A stretch of 64,000 nucleotides of DNA from Candidatus Uhrbacteria bacterium (GTDB taxonomy: Bacteria; Patescibacteriota; Patescibacteriia; UBA9934; GWF2-40-263), in the NCBI GenBank assembly GCA_016844925.1, contig JAERTI010000055.1:65459-129458 (forward strand), written 5' to 3'. A program made the translations under genes and the position numbers. Below the pieces are notes generated by a model. The model searched no databases. It was not told where the DNA came from and was given only the letters and a program-made list of their open reading frames with translations. Shown here in pieces: positions 47,687-59,134 of this stretch. How positions within the stretch are numbered: position 1 is the first letter of the stretch; the number at the start of each line of letters is the position of its first letter.

Positions 47687-48883
47687 TTATGTCAACTGAA
47701 CAAAATGACGTTTTCCTTTTTGAATAAGCGCTCCTGGACCAACCTCTTGCTCATAACTCTCAACAACCACATCATCGACTTTCACGCCTTTCCCATCAAT
47801 GAGACGACGAACTTCTGACTTACTTTTTGCCAAACCTGAATCAACAAGCGCGTCCACGATGCTCATAGGGCCACTAATCTTGTGCTCTGGAATCTCGTCT
47901 GGTCGTTCTTTCTTTTGAAAGAGCTGATCAAATCGATCGGACGCCGCCTGAGCCTCTCCGTCATCGAAGTACTGCGCCACAACCGCTCGAGCCAGACGCG
48001 CTTTTACCTCTCGTGGGTTCGCTCCGCCAGTGAGTTCCTTCTCGACAGCGGCAAAATCTTCCTTCGTTAAAATCTCAAACCCCGGAACAATCATCCCATC
48101 GGTCCAGCTCATAATCTTTCCAAACATCTCGTCACTCGTGTCGCTCAAGCGAATCATGTTCCCCTCACTCTTCCCCATCTTCTTCCCAGTCGGATCTGCC
48201 AAGAGCTTGCTCGTCACCACAAACTTCTCCTTCCCCGTCGTCGCCTTCATGAGCGTGCGACCGGCAAGCATGTTAAACGTCTGATCATTTCCACCAACCT
48301 CTCCATCAACATCCATGGCCACACAATCCTGCCCCTGCATGAGGGGGTAGAAAAACTCGTGCAGATAGATCGGCTTCCCTTCCTTCATGCGGTTATCGAA
48401 CATGTCGCGCTCGAGCATCTGCTGCACAGTAAAGTTCGAGGCGAGCTCTACGACGTCAGCAAAACTCATCTTGCCGAGCCACTCACTATTGTATTTCACT
48501 TCGACGGGGTTCTCACCACCAAAGTCCAAAATCTTCCCAGCCTGCTCTTTGTAATTCTCTGCGTTCTCAAGCACCTGCTCTCGCGTCAATCGAACACGTG
48601 TCGCAGACTTGTCCGTTGGATCACCGATCATGCCGGTAAAATCGCCGACCAGAAGGATGATCTTATGCCCCAAGTCCTGAAACGCGCGGAGCTTACGCAA
48701 CTGAATCGAGTGCCCGATGTGCAAATCTGGTCCCGTTGGATCGATACCAAGATAGAGCGAAAGCTGCTTCCCTTCTTTGAGGCGAGCCTCAAGAAAATCT
48801 CGTGACGGGTAGACGTGCTCTACTCCACGATCCAGGAGTTCATCGATTTGTTTCTGGTCAGTTGATACGGCCATATGCACCAA
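47687..48883 (-). CDS. tyrS: Tyrosyl-tRNA synthetase
   Basis: The HIGH motif is DLHIGHSIQL and the KMSKS motif is KMGKSEGN. A C-terminal S4 domain is present. Confidence 0.85.
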   Translation of the reverse strand: MVHMAVSTDQKQIDELLDRGVEHVYPSRDFLEARLKEGKQLSLYLGIDPTGPDLHIGHSIQLRKLRAFQDLGHKIILLVGDFTGMIGDPTDKSATRVRLTREQVLENAENYKEQAGKILDFGGENPVEVKYNSEWLGKMSFADVVELASNFTVQQMLERDMFDNRMKEGKPIYLHEFFYPLMQGQDCVAMDVDGEVGGNDQTFNMLAGRTLMKATTGKEKFVVTSKLLADPTGKKMGKSEGNMIRLSDTSDEMFGKIMSWTDGMIVPGFEILTKEDFAAVEKELTGGANPREVKARLARAVVAQYFDDGEAQAASDRFDQLFQKKERPDEIPEHKISGPMSIVDALVDSGLAKSKSEVRRLIDGKGVKVDDVVVESYEQEVGPGALIQKGKRHFVQLT

Positions 48884-48885
48884 TA

Positions 48886-50259
48886 TTAGGCATTTTCCTT
48901 AATAAACGCAACGATTTCATCTCGCTTAGCTTCCATAGTCGCCTGATCCACAGCCTCCAAGTTCAAGCGCAGTTTCGGCTCGGTGTTGGACGCGCGGACA
49001 TTGAACCAGAACGTCTCGAACCGAATTGAGATCCCATCGAGCTCATTGAGCTCACCGTCGGCAAACTTCTCTTTAAGCATCTGCATCATGCCAGCCTTGT
49101 CCTCCACTTTGAAGTTAATCTCACCTGAGTGAACATATCGCTCCAGAGGCTCGACCATATCAGCAAGTGACTCTCCACGACGCGTAATCTCCTGCAGCAC
49201 CTGTGCCGCAACCGTCACCGGTCCCTCATACGTACCTGTTGGGAACGTGTAAAAGAAATGCCCAGATGACTCTCCGCCAAACACCGCCTCTTCACGGCGC
49301 ATCTGCTCTTTAATGAGCGAGTGCCCCACACGCGTAACAGACGGCTTCCCTCCTGACTCGACAATCATGTCCTCGGTAATTTTTCCTGGACGAATGTCAT
49401 AACAAATCGTTGCTCCAGGATTATCTCGCAACACAATTTGTGCGAGCATGCCGCGCAACACAGCCGGTGTGACGAGACGTCCTTTGTTGTCAATGAAAAA
49501 GATGCGGTCGCCATCGCCATCGGTTGTGATTCCAAGATCTGCACCGAGCTCAAGTACCTTCTTCTGAATGTCGACAATATTCTCTGGCTTAAATGGATCG
49601 GCCTCGTGGTTTGGAAAGTTCCCGTCGAACTCCCAGTACATGCGCGTCACGTCTGCCTCAACCATGCCAAACAATTCGTCGAGAAACTGCGCGCCCATCC
49701 CATTGGCACTATCGCAAACAATCTTCATCTTATTGATCGGATGCACGCCCGCATGAGCGAACTCTGCTTTGGCAGCCAAAGCAGGAATCCCTTCAACAAC
49801 CTCGACGGTTCCATGAACACGCTCTGCCACCTCATGACTAGCCTCGATCCAATCTGCCATGTCGCGAATCCCACTGTCTCCACTGACAGGAATCGCCATC
49901 TCGCGCGTAATCTTAAAACCGTTATAGGCCGCTGGGTTGTGTGAAGCACTCACCATGATGCCCCCATGAGCCTTCAAATGTCCGACACCAAAATAAAAAG
50001 CTGGCGTGGACACCAGACCAATATCTAAGACATTCACTCCACTCTCTGTGAGCCCCTCCATGAGGGCTTTTTGGTACCCCAAGGAACTCTCTCGCATATC
50101 TCGACCAACCACGACCGTCATGGCTGTCTCTGCTCCCACCTCTGGCTGACGAAGTGCTGCGTAGGCCTGACCAATTTTTTTCGCTAAATCTTGGGTAATC
50201 TCCTCCTCCACCAACCCTCGAATGTCGTACATTTTAAAGATGTGTTTTGGAATGCTCAT
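48886..50259 (-). CDS. Phosphomannomutase/phosphoglucomutase
   Basis: The active-site motif is SASHNPAAYNGFK. It has four alpha-D-phosphohexomutase domains. Confidence 0.85.
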   Translation of the reverse strand: MSIPKHIFKMYDIRGLVEEEITQDLAKKIGQAYAALRQPEVGAETAMTVVVGRDMRESSLGYQKALMEGLTESGVNVLDIGLVSTPAFYFGVGHLKAHGGIMVSASHNPAAYNGFKITREMAIPVSGDSGIRDMADWIEASHEVAERVHGTVEVVEGIPALAAKAEFAHAGVHPINKMKIVCDSANGMGAQFLDELFGMVEADVTRMYWEFDGNFPNHEADPFKPENIVDIQKKVLELGADLGITTDGDGDRIFFIDNKGRLVTPAVLRGMLAQIVLRDNPGATICYDIRPGKITEDMIVESGGKPSVTRVGHSLIKEQMRREEAVFGGESSGHFFYTFPTGTYEGPVTVAAQVLQEITRRGESLADMVEPLERYVHSGEINFKVEDKAGMMQMLKEKFADGELNELDGISIRFETFWFNVRASNTEPKLRLNLEAVDQATMEAKRDEIVAFIKENA

Positions 50260-50327
50260 ATGCTTTGACGGTGGGTCATGAATTTCGTACTATAAAGAGG
50301 TAAATAGCCTTTAATTGAAGGAAAATT

Positions 50328-50879
50328 ATGGAACTGATCTGGATACTTGTAGGCATCGTCCTCGTAGTGGCGATGTGGCTCATTCTAACATACAACGGAC
50401 TCATTCGATCGAAGAACCGCGTAGAGGAAGCTTGGTCAGATATTGAGGTGCAAATGAAGCGTCGCTATGACCTTATTCCCAACCTCATCAACACCGTGAA
50501 GGGCTATGCCAAGCACGAAGAAGGTGTATTCACAAAAGTAACTGAAGCACGTACGGCTGCCATGGGAGCAACTTCCATGGCTGACCACTCCAAGTCAGAA
50601 AACATGCTCAGCGAAACACTCAAGAGCCTGTTCGCTGTTTCTGAAAACTACCCACAGCTCCAGGCATCTCAAAACTTCCTTGAGTTGCAGCACGAACTTG
50701 CGGATGCCGAAGATAAAATCATGGCAGCACGTCGCTTTTACAATGCCAACACCCGAGACTTCAACACGAAACTCCAAGTCTTCCCAACCAACCTCATTGC
50801 AGGCGTGTTCGGATTTCTTGCTCGAGAGTTTTTTGATGCTCCGGAAGCAGAACTCGCAAAGCCTGAGGTCAAGTTCTAG
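50328..50879 (+). CDS. lemA: LemA family protein
   Basis: 183 aa with an N-terminal TM helix. The sequence is LemA-like. Confidence 0.8.
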   Translation: MELIWILVGIVLVVAMWLILTYNGLIRSKNRVEEAWSDIEVQMKRRYDLIPNLINTVKGYAKHEEGVFTKVTEARTAAMGATSMADHSKSENMLSETLKSLFAVSENYPQLQASQNFLELQHELADAEDKIMAARRFYNANTRDFNTKLQVFPTNLIAGVFGFLAREFFDAPEAELAKPEVKF

Positions 50880-50881
50880 CT

Positions 50882-51763
50882 ATGTATTCGCAAATTGATG
50901 CGAACAAACGAAAGACGTGGCTTCTCATTGTCCTGTTCACCATCGTTATTGTTGGCCTCGGCTGGGTTCTTGGTGAAGCAGGTGGCATAGGAAACGGCGG
51001 CATTGTCCTCGCGGTCATGCTGGCAACCGCCATGAACCTGATCGCCTATTTCAAAGGAGACTCGGTAGCCCTAGCAACGGCAGGAGCGAAGCAAATCAAA
51101 AAAGCAGACAACCCGAAGCTCTATCGCATGGTGGAGAACCTCTCGATCACCGCAGGGATCCCCATGCCAAAGGTGTACGTCATGAACGATCCGTCTGCGA
51201 ACGCATTTGCGGCAGGACGAGATCCGGAGCACGCCAGCGTTGCCGTCACCACAGGACTGCTCAACATCATGGAAGATAATGAGCTTGAGGGTGTCCTTGC
51301 CCACGAACTTTCACACATCAAAAACTATGACATCCGTGTCATGACCATCGTGATTGTGCTCGTGGGAGTCGTCATGCTGCTCAGCGACATCCTTCTGCGC
51401 ATGGCGTTCCGTGGCAATGGAAACCGCGACAACCGTGCAGCACTGGTCATGATCGTCATCGGCGTCGTCCTTGCCATCCTCTCGCCAATTTTTGCCGAGC
51501 TCATCAAGCTCGCCGTCTCACGATCACGCGAGTATCTCGCTGACGCCTCAGGCGCCCTCCTCACGCGCTACCCAGAAGGACTTGCCAGCGCCCTGGAGAA
51601 AATCGCAAAGCACGATCAGCCACTCAAGCGAGCCAACCACGCGACCGCTCACCTGTTCCTCGCCAACCCGTTTGATCCGCACGTCGCCAAAAAGTTCGAG
51701 TCCATGTTCTCTACGCACCCCCCTATCGAAGATCGCATTGCCAAACTAAGAGGAATGCTCTAG
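50882..51763 (+). CDS. htpX: Zinc metalloprotease HtpX (M48)
   Basis: The HExxH motif is HELSHIKNYD and TM helices are present. Confidence 0.85.
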   Translation: MYSQIDANKRKTWLLIVLFTIVIVGLGWVLGEAGGIGNGGIVLAVMLATAMNLIAYFKGDSVALATAGAKQIKKADNPKLYRMVENLSITAGIPMPKVYVMNDPSANAFAAGRDPEHASVAVTTGLLNIMEDNELEGVLAHELSHIKNYDIRVMTIVIVLVGVVMLLSDILLRMAFRGNGNRDNRAALVMIVIGVVLAILSPIFAELIKLAVSRSREYLADASGALLTRYPEGLASALEKIAKHDQPLKRANHATAHLFLANPFDPHVAKKFESMFSTHPPIEDRIAKLRGML

Positions 51764-51773
51764 CCGCCATCTT

Positions 51774-54272
51774 ATGAGCCATGACATCGTCGACAAATTT
51801 TCTTCCCACCTAAAAAACGTGCTCACGCGCGCTCTGTGTTTTGTGGTGGAAAAAAATCAAAAGACCATCCAGCCAGAACACCTCCTCTGGGCCCTTGGTA
51901 CACAGAAAGGTTGCATTGGTGCAGAGGTCTTGAAAAAAGCTGGTGTCAAAACAGCGGACCTAAAGAAGCTCGTTGGAGCAAAAGCAACGGTCACAGCCCT
52001 AAGCGCTGGCGCAGACCTCACGCTCCACCTCTCTGACGATGCCAAGCGTATCGTAGAAAAAGCCGTGCTCACGGCAAATGTGTATGGGCACCGCTATGTG
52101 GGTACAGAGCACCTGCTCTCGGGCATCATTCAAATCGATAGCCCCATCACACGTGCCTTCTTTGCACGTCACAAGACCGACCTCAAAGAACTTCGCAACC
52201 AGCTCTCCGTTGTTCTCAAGAGCACAAGTAAGTTTCCCGAACTTGCTTCATCCGTCACGGTCGAGAACGCCGACTTGCTCACACAAAACAGCAACAAGGA
52301 GAAGAGTGCGCAGCAATCCACCGGACAAGAAGAAGAAAAGAAGTCGTCCGCGTTGGAATACTTTTCTACCGAGCTTACAAGCGCTGAAGCGCAAAAACGT
52401 ATCGATCCAGTGATCGGTAGAGAGAAAGAGATTGAACGTCTCATGGAGATCCTCTGTCGTCGCACAAAGAACAACCCCCTCCTCTTGGGAGAGCCTGGTG
52501 TAGGAAAGACCGCCATCGTTGAAGGGCTTGCAAAGCGCATTCACGAAGGGCAGGTTCCGCCCGTCCTCGCACACAAACGTCTCTATGCTCTGGACATGGC
52601 CCTCATGATCGCCGGCACCATGTACCGTGGAGAGTTTGAAGGACGCCTCAAACAGGTCGTCGACGAAGTGAAGTCAAACCCAGACATCGTGCTCTTTATC
52701 GATGAGATCCACACGATCGTCGGCGCCGGTGCTGCTTCAGGTTCCATGGATGCCGCAAACATTTTGAAACCCGCTCTAGCGCGAGGTGACATTCGTTGTA
52801 TTGGTGCCACCACACCTGCTGAATTTAAAAAACACATTGAATCTGACACTGCTCTGGAGCGCCGCTTTGGAACGGTTATGATCGAAGAACCTTCGCAAGA
52901 AAAAGCTATTGAGATTCTCGAAGGTATCTCCCCCTACTACGAACGCTTCCACCGCGTACGTATTAGCCATGGGGCTATTGAACAAGCCGTGCGTTTGTCG
53001 TCTCGTTATATTCAAGACAAACACTTGCCAGACAAGGCCATTGATTTAATTGATGAAGCTGCGGCATCGACCCGCGTCCACCAGCACAACCCAGGACCCA
53101 TCATGAAAGAACGGGAGCTCTATGACATGCTCGACAGCGTACGAGAAGCAAAACGTCTCTCGGTCACAGAAGAACGGTTCCACGATGCCATCGCGCTCAA
53201 AGATGAAGAAGACTTGATTCGCCTGCGCATCGAAGGGCTCCGCACCGAGGAAGACACCTCCCCCGTTCCCGTTATTGCTGAAGAAGATATCGCTCGAGTT
53301 GTTTCTCGATCTACTGGTGTCCCCCTTGAGGATATGCTCGAAGGCGATCTCAGCCGACTTCTCGGACTGGAAACACAACTTTCCGATCGTGTCTTAGGGC
53401 AACCTTCTGTTATCGACACCGTCTCCGGAGCCCTGCGACGCGCCAAGACCGGCGTCGCTCACCCCGCTCGCCCATTGGCAAGCTTCTTGTTCCTTGGTCC
53501 ATCAGGCGTTGGAAAGACCGAACTCGCTAAGACCATCTCCGAACTGCTCTTCCACTCCAAGCAACACTTCATTCGCCTAGACATGTCTGAGTACTCAGAA
53601 GGTTTCACCATGTCAAAGCTGATCGGCGCACCGGCCGGCTACGTCGGCTATAAGGAAGGAGCAAACCTCACCGACCGTGTGAAACGACGTCCCTACTCTG
53701 TTGTGCTGTTCGACGAAATCGAGAAGGCACACCGCGATGTGCAAAACCTCCTGCTCCAAATTTTGGAGGAAGGTGAGCTTACCGATGCCACGGGTCGCAA
53801 GGTCAATTTCAAAAATACGATTGTCATCATGACCTCCAACGTTGGTCTTGAGCGTTTTGACCGTGGCGACATGGGGTTCATGTCTGGTGCCAGCGACCGC
53901 ATCATGGCACTCAACCAAGATCTTCACGAAGAACTTACGCAACGCTTCCGTCCAGAGCTCGTGAACCGTATTGACCACACCTGCATCTTCAACCCCCTCG
54001 AGCAGGACGTCTTGGAATCCATCGTTAAGAAACAACTGGACGAACTCACGGCTCGTCTGAAAGATCAGGGTCTCCACGTACACGTTGAAAAAACCCTCAT
54101 CCCCCACCTCACATCACTGTCACAACCAAAGTTGGGGGCACGAAATATCCGTGCACAAATTCAGAAGCACGTTGAACACGCGATCGCTGAACGCCTCAGT
54201 AAAAAAGATCGCCCAAGCAAACTTCGTGTGAAACTTAAAGGAAAGAACATCCAGGTAACCAAGTCTCGCTAG
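51774..54272 (+). CDS. clpC: AAA+ chaperone ATPase ClpC-like (two Clp_N repeats, two AAA modules)
   Basis: The motifs [15 protein letters not shown] and [12 protein letters not shown] are present. There is no long ClpB middle domain. Confidence 0.85.
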   Translation: MSHDIVDKFSSHLKNVLTRALCFVVEKNQKTIQPEHLLWALGTQKGCIGAEVLKKAGVKTADLKKLVGAKATVTALSAGADLTLHLSDDAKRIVEKAVLTANVYGHRYVGTEHLLSGIIQIDSPITRAFFARHKTDLKELRNQLSVVLKSTSKFPELASSVTVENADLLTQNSNKEKSAQQSTGQEEEKKSSALEYFSTELTSAEAQKRIDPVIGREKEIERLMEILCRRTKNNPLLLGEPGVGKTAIVEGLAKRIHEGQVPPVLAHKRLYALDMALMIAGTMYRGEFEGRLKQVVDEVKSNPDIVLFIDEIHTIVGAGAASGSMDAANILKPALARGDIRCIGATTPAEFKKHIESDTALERRFGTVMIEEPSQEKAIEILEGISPYYERFHRVRISHGAIEQAVRLSSRYIQDKHLPDKAIDLIDEAAASTRVHQHNPGPIMKERELYDMLDSVREAKRLSVTEERFHDAIALKDEEDLIRLRIEGLRTEEDTSPVPVIAEEDIARVVSRSTGVPLEDMLEGDLSRLLGLETQLSDRVLGQPSVIDTVSGALRRAKTGVAHPARPLASFLFLGPSGVGKTELAKTISELLFHSKQHFIRLDMSEYSEGFTMSKLIGAPAGYVGYKEGANLTDRVKRRPYSVVLFDEIEKAHRDVQNLLLQILEEGELTDATGRKVNFKNTIVIMTSNVGLERFDRGDMGFMSGASDRIMALNQDLHEELTQRFRPELVNRIDHTCIFNPLEQDVLESIVKKQLDELTARLKDQGLHVHVEKTLIPHLTSLSQPKLGARNIRAQIQKHVEHAIAERLSKKDRPSKLRVKLKGKNIQVTKSR

Positions 54273-54273
54273 T

Positions 54274-56097
54274 ATGGTAACGGGGGGAGACGAACAACAA
54301 CGCTACCAGAAGTATCGCCAGCAATTGCACCAGGCGCGTCTTGAGGATGCCAAGAAAGCAGGAGGTACAGCTGGGACACAGGCCGGAGCAAAGACAAAAG
54401 GACAGATTAAGGGAGGTGATCTATTCACGCGCAAAGGCCAACCTGAGAGTATTCCAAAAAAAGGACAAGCTGGATCAAAAACCGCAGGGAGGATTAAAGG
54501 CGATGATTTGTTTCAGCGAGCACAATCTCAACCCTCACAACCCCAAAAAGACTCCACGCTGAAAGACAAAGCTCGAGACACAGCACGCACAGGCGCAGCG
54601 ACCGTTGAAAAAGGAGCGGCTGCCGTGGAAACGGGAGCGGCAACGGTTGAAAAAGGAGCAGCGACCGTAGAGACAGGTGCGGCAACGGTGGAATCGGCTG
54701 CAAAAGGCACCGAAACCGCTGCACAGGGAGCTGAGGCATTAGCGAAGGGAGTTGGCGCTGCATCAAAGGCAACAGGTGCCGCATCAACGGCAGCTCTTGA
54801 AGCGGGTGAAGCTCTTTCTGCAACAGGTCTGGGATCCATTGTTGGCGTCCCTCTGGCAGCCCTTGGTGGTGCAGGTGCCGCCGCCTCAAAGGGGACTGAA
54901 GCCGCTGCGACAGCCGGAGGAGCGGCTGCGAAGAGCGTGAAGGAAGGAGCGAAAGTTGTTGGCGAGGGGGCAAAGGATGTGAAAGAAGGGGCTAAGGAGG
55001 TAAAGGAAGGCGCTCAGAAAGTAAAAGAAGGCGCCCGCAACGTGAAAGAGCAGGCTGGGGACGTTAAAGATGCTCTGAGTGAAGACGACGAACAAGATCA
55101 AGAAGAACTCCCTGAGGAGACACGTGACCGGATAAGAAAGATTCGTCTTGCTGGCGCGCGCATGCGTCTTTCAGATGCACGTGATCGCACACAAGAAAAA
55201 GGTCTCTCCCCTACGCGTTTTGAGATGGGACGAAAACATTTTGGTGTCACTGACCCAGACAGACCAGACGAACTCACAAGGACCCCTGGTGATGGTACGC
55301 GAGATCTTTTTGATGCCGGCGAACAAGACATGAAACGCAAGGCAGCACTACGGACCGCCCGCATGGCAGAACTCGTTGGTGGTAAAAAATTTGCTGGCAA
55401 ACTTAGGCAAGGGGTTGCAAGTCCGGCTGCGCTCAAGGGCGGGCAACTAGGAGAACTTCCACGTGGTGGTGTGCAGACAAAGGACACGACCAAACAACCT
55501 GACACAGGAGCTGACACGGCACAACAGATGCAAGATGACATGACTATGCGCCACAGACTTGCACAGGTCATGATGACGCGACAACGCAAGCAACAACTTG
55601 CTCAACAGAAATCTCAAAAAGAGCAGAAGGCCATCGAAGAGCAGCGCGCCGAGGTGAAGCAAACAATGAAAGCCGGCTTCAGGCGCGGCATGATTTACAT
55701 CGTAGATCTCGTCGCCGTTGCCCTTGATCTCTCTAGTGGATTCATCTCGTTCTTGATCGACATGTTTATCTATATGTTCTCCCTTGGTTGGCTGAATCTT
55801 GAGATGTTCTACGGAAAATGGATTGCCAAAGGAGAAAGCCGATACATCTCCCCCATCTCTTGGGCGCCATTTAAAATGCCTGTCGATAAAGACGCCTTCA
55901 TGCTCCAGGGCCTTATTCTCATGGCTGACCTTGCTCTCATGATAGCTTTTGCCATTGTTACTACCGGCACCTTCTGCATTCTTCACGACTACATGCTCCT
56001 GGTCACAGACCCCTTTCTGGTCGCCACCTCCCTTGCAAACGGCGGGGGAAAGATGTGTCTAGGTGGTATACTAGGATCACTTGTGAGCGGCATTTAA
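54274..56097 (+). CDS. Repeat-rich LEA-like protein with C-terminal TM helices
   Basis: It has 11-aa repeats (ATVEKGAAAVETGAATVEKGAATVE) and KEGAKxVKEGA repeats. The C-terminus is hydrophobic. Confidence 0.5.
   Translation: MVTGGDEQQRYQKYRQQLHQARLEDAKKAGGTAGTQAGAKTKGQIKGGDLFTRKGQPESIPKKGQAGSKTAGRIKGDDLFQRAQSQPSQPQKDSTLKDKARDTARTGAATVEKGAAAVETGAATVEKGAATVETGAATVESAAKGTETAAQGAEALAKGVGAASKATGAASTAALEAGEALSATGLGSIVGVPLAALGGAGAAASKGTEAAATAGGAAAKSVKEGAKVVGEGAKDVKEGAKEVKEGAQKVKEGARNVKEQAGDVKDALSEDDEQDQEELPEETRDRIRKIRLAGARMRLSDARDRTQEKGLSPTRFEMGRKHFGVTDPDRPDELTRTPGDGTRDLFDAGEQDMKRKAALRTARMAELVGGKKFAGKLRQGVASPAALKGGQLGELPRGGVQTKDTTKQPDTGADTAQQMQDDMTMRHRLAQVMMTRQRKQQLAQQKSQKEQKAIEEQRAEVKQTMKAGFRRGMIYIVDLVAVALDLSSGFISFLIDMFIYMFSLGWLNLEMFYGKWIAKGESRYISPISWAPFKMPVDKDAFMLQGLILMADLALMIAFAIVTTGTFCILHDYMLLVTDPFLVATSLANGGGKMCLGGILGSLVSGI
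54590..54720 (+). repeat. Tandem 33-bp coding repeats (11-aa units)
   Basis: The unit gcgaccgttgaaaaaggagcggc is repeated with variation. Confidence 0.6.
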
Positions 56098-56118
56098 CCT
56101 TGCCGTAAATCCCATGCT

Positions 56119-57351
56119 ATGACCGAACGAACCAAAAAAATCTTACTCATCGTGGGCTTTATCGCGTCCGTGTTCGGCATCGCGTTAGTCTTGTACCTGA
56201 TGTTCTTCCGCCCCCCAGCCCCAGCTCCTACCGTTGAAGAAATTGAAGAGCTGTACCCTGAAGCGCTTCCGGAAGCTCTTGAAGCGCAGGTGCGAGAACT
56301 TCTTGAACAGGAAGGCATTGCCGTTCCTGAAGAAATTGTTCTCCCGGAAGCTGACACCATCGCACGTGGCGGCGTAACGCAGACCACCGAGCTCACAACC
56401 ACAGCCGTCTACAACACCTCAATCTCTGCTGACGGTTCATCCATGAACTACTACAACAGCGGAGACGGACGGTTCTATACCATTGGTGAAGACGGAACCG
56501 TCGTAGCACTCTCTGATAAACAGTTCCCATCCGTTGAGAACGTTGTTTGGAACAAAGACTCAGAAAAAGCGGTCCTCGAGTTTCCAGATGGTTCCAATAT
56601 TGTGTATGACTTCTCCGCGGAAAAACAGGTAACGCTACCTAGTCACTGGGAAGACTTCGACTTCTCCCCTGTGCAAGACGAGATTCTCGCTAAGTCCATT
56701 TCCCTTGATCCAAACAATCGCTACCTAGTGATCTCTTCTGATGACGGTTCTCAAGTGCAATCCATCCAAGCCCTGGGAGAAAATGCCGATAAGGTCGACG
56801 TAAACTGGTCTCCAAATGACCAAGTTGTCGCATTTGCTGATACAGCAAACGCCACTTCAGGAGGGCTCAATCGATCTGTCATCTATCCTGTTGGTAAAAA
56901 CAAGGAAAATTACAAAGGCCTCGTGGTTGAGGGATTAAACTTCGACTCCCTCTGGTCTCCCGATGGTCGGCAGTTGATCTACTCCGTAACGGGTTCTTAT
57001 AGCAACGACAAACCTCTGCTATGGGCTGTCAGTGCAACCAGTGCAACCATGGGTGAAGACCGACGGAGCCTTGGACTCAATACCTGGGTTGATAAATGCA
57101 CCTGGGCATCCAGCTCCATTGCGTACTGCGCCGTACCAATCGACCTTCCAGACAACGCTGGTCTTGGTCGACATCTTTACGAAAACGAACCTGACGCCCT
57201 CTATAAACTTGACCTCTCATCAGGTCGATCAACACTCGTAGCGATTCCTGAAGAAGATACGGCCATGAACGACCTCTTTTTAACTGATGACCAGTCAGTA
57301 CTGTACTTCTCAAACACCTACGGACAGATTGAGATGATGCGTCTAAAATAA
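56119..57351 (+). CDS. TolB-like beta-propeller (PD40/WD40-like repeats) membrane-anchored protein
   Basis: It has an N-terminal TM helix and the repeats WSPNDQVVAF and WSPDGRQLIYS. Confidence 0.55.
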   Translation: MTERTKKILLIVGFIASVFGIALVLYLMFFRPPAPAPTVEEIEELYPEALPEALEAQVRELLEQEGIAVPEEIVLPEADTIARGGVTQTTELTTTAVYNTSISADGSSMNYYNSGDGRFYTIGEDGTVVALSDKQFPSVENVVWNKDSEKAVLEFPDGSNIVYDFSAEKQVTLPSHWEDFDFSPVQDEILAKSISLDPNNRYLVISSDDGSQVQSIQALGENADKVDVNWSPNDQVVAFADTANATSGGLNRSVIYPVGKNKENYKGLVVEGLNFDSLWSPDGRQLIYSVTGSYSNDKPLLWAVSATSATMGEDRRSLGLNTWVDKCTWASSSIAYCAVPIDLPDNAGLGRHLYENEPDALYKLDLSSGRSTLVAIPEEDTAMNDLFLTDDQSVLYFSNTYGQIEMMRLK

Positions 57352-57362
57352 CCTTACATCCT

Positions 57363-58010
57363 ATGCACCACAGATGGCTCACCCTCCTATCAATCGGCGC
57401 CTTATCCCTGATGGTGTTTATCTTTTTCATTGTTTACCTCCAGCCGGTTGAGCTCCCTGAGATTGAACTTGAGGTAGAAGTCGGCTCTCTCACAAAACCA
57501 ACGATCACCTTCGTGAATCCTACCAAGGGCGCAGAAGAACCCGTGGTGCGCATTGTGGAGTTTAGTGATTTTCAATGTGCCGCTTGTAAGACGGTTGCTA
57601 CCTCACTTGAGGTAGTCCTGGCCACCTACCCCGAGCAAGTTCAGCTCGTTTGGAAAGATCTTCCAAATGAATCGATTCATCAATTCGCCACCCCTGCCGC
57701 CATAGCCGCGCACTGCGCAGACCAACAAGGACAATTTTGGACGTACCACGATGAGCTCTATGCTCGTCAAAGTTACCTTTCTGAAAACCAGTTTTCCACC
57801 ATTGCCTCAACCATTGGTTTGGATATGGATAAATTTGAGAGCTGCTACCAAGCACGCGACACACTCCCTATTGTGAAAAAAGATTTCGAAGAAGCTCTCG
57901 GACTCGGTCTCACCTCCACCCCAACACTCTTTATCGGCGATGAGATCGTCATCGGTGCTGTCAGTTCTCTGGACCTCTTGGACATGGTTGAAGCTCAACT
58001 GAACCAGTAA
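57363..58010 (+). CDS. DsbA-family thiol:disulfide oxidoreductase
   Basis: It has an N-terminal TM helix and the CxxC motif FQCAACK in a thioredoxin fold. Confidence 0.7.
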   Translation: MHHRWLTLLSIGALSLMVFIFFIVYLQPVELPEIELEVEVGSLTKPTITFVNPTKGAEEPVVRIVEFSDFQCAACKTVATSLEVVLATYPEQVQLVWKDLPNESIHQFATPAAIAAHCADQQGQFWTYHDELYARQSYLSENQFSTIASTIGLDMDKFESCYQARDTLPIVKKDFEEALGLGLTSTPTLFIGDEIVIGAVSSLDLLDMVEAQLNQ

Positions 58011-58011
58011 T

Positions 58012-59130
58012 ATGCGAACCTTGCGCGCCCTCCCCTTCTTGATGATCCTCTTGGGCGCGTTTTTGTTTGGAGGCACTGCCTTGGCAGAAGACGCCACGTC
58101 CACAGATGCCACAGCCACACCTGCTACAAGCGAGGTGGTTGAAGGAGCTATCATCCCAAACCTCACTGTCGACATCCCCGGCCTGACGTTTTCCTCGGTG
58201 ATTGAAAAAGACGGATCTTTGCACATCAACTTCTTTGGGGAGTACATGGCGGCCCTCTACAAATATCTCCTCAATATTGGCGTCACCATTTCCATTGTCC
58301 TTATCATGATCGGAGGTCTTCAATGGGTTCTTAGCGCAAGTGGCACAGATGCCAAAGGAGCCAAAGACCGAATTCGCAACGCCGTCGTCGGCCTCGTGCT
58401 CCTGATGAGCGTGTACATGATCTTATTTATTGTAAATCCGAACCTTGTTCTTCTGCAGACTCCTGCCATCAAGGGTATCGACGAGGTAGAACTTGAGCTT
58501 GCCACCAGCGGAGAAGAGGGTGCTGCCGGCACCATGAGCAACGTTGAATGCCAAAACATTGTCGATGAAGCTCAAGAAGACGGCGAATGTAAGATCAGTC
58601 AAAAATTTGCCTCCCCCACTGGAAGGAGTGCCAGTTGCAACTACCACTTCCGTGATTCAGGTGGTGACTACAAAAAAATCAAAAATCTCGACTTCGCAGC
58701 TGGATGGGATACCTTGATCAAAGCTCCTTTCGACGGAACCCTCACCTACAAAAAGCGAACCTCCGCTGATAACCGCTGCGGAAACACCATCACGCTCACG
58801 GGTACGGGTGATGCTGCTGGAGCAAGTATTTCTATCTGTCACGTAAAAGATTTCCTTGATGAATCCGGCGTAGTGAAAACGACCGTGGAGCAAGGAGAAG
58901 GGATCGGGCACCTGGGCGGCGTCTGTTGTAGCGGAGAAGAAGGCCCGGCCAGCTGGCGTGCCATGCAAAACGGCTGGTGCACTGACACCGGAACAAAATG
59001 TACCGATCCCTACAGCCGAGAGAGCTGCACCTGCCAACCCATCGAACAATCCGGCAACACCTCCGGTCCACACGTTCACGTTACATGGAGCAATACTGCT
59101 GGTAATCTATTAGCATGTCTGGAAACGTAG
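58012..59130 (+). CDS. Secreted/membrane-anchored Cys-rich M23-like peptidase
   Basis: It has a signal peptide and two hydrophobic helices. The C-terminal motif SGPHVHVTW is M23 HxH-like. There are more than 12 cysteines. Confidence 0.5.
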   Translation: MRTLRALPFLMILLGAFLFGGTALAEDATSTDATATPATSEVVEGAIIPNLTVDIPGLTFSSVIEKDGSLHINFFGEYMAALYKYLLNIGVTISIVLIMIGGLQWVLSASGTDAKGAKDRIRNAVVGLVLLMSVYMILFIVNPNLVLLQTPAIKGIDEVELELATSGEEGAAGTMSNVECQNIVDEAQEDGECKISQKFASPTGRSASCNYHFRDSGGDYKKIKNLDFAAGWDTLIKAPFDGTLTYKKRTSADNRCGNTITLTGTGDAAGASISICHVKDFLDESGVVKTTVEQGEGIGHLGGVCCSGEEGPASWRAMQNGWCTDTGTKCTDPYSRESCTCQPIEQSGNTSGPHVHVTWSNTAGNLLACLET

Positions 59131-59134
59131 TGTT

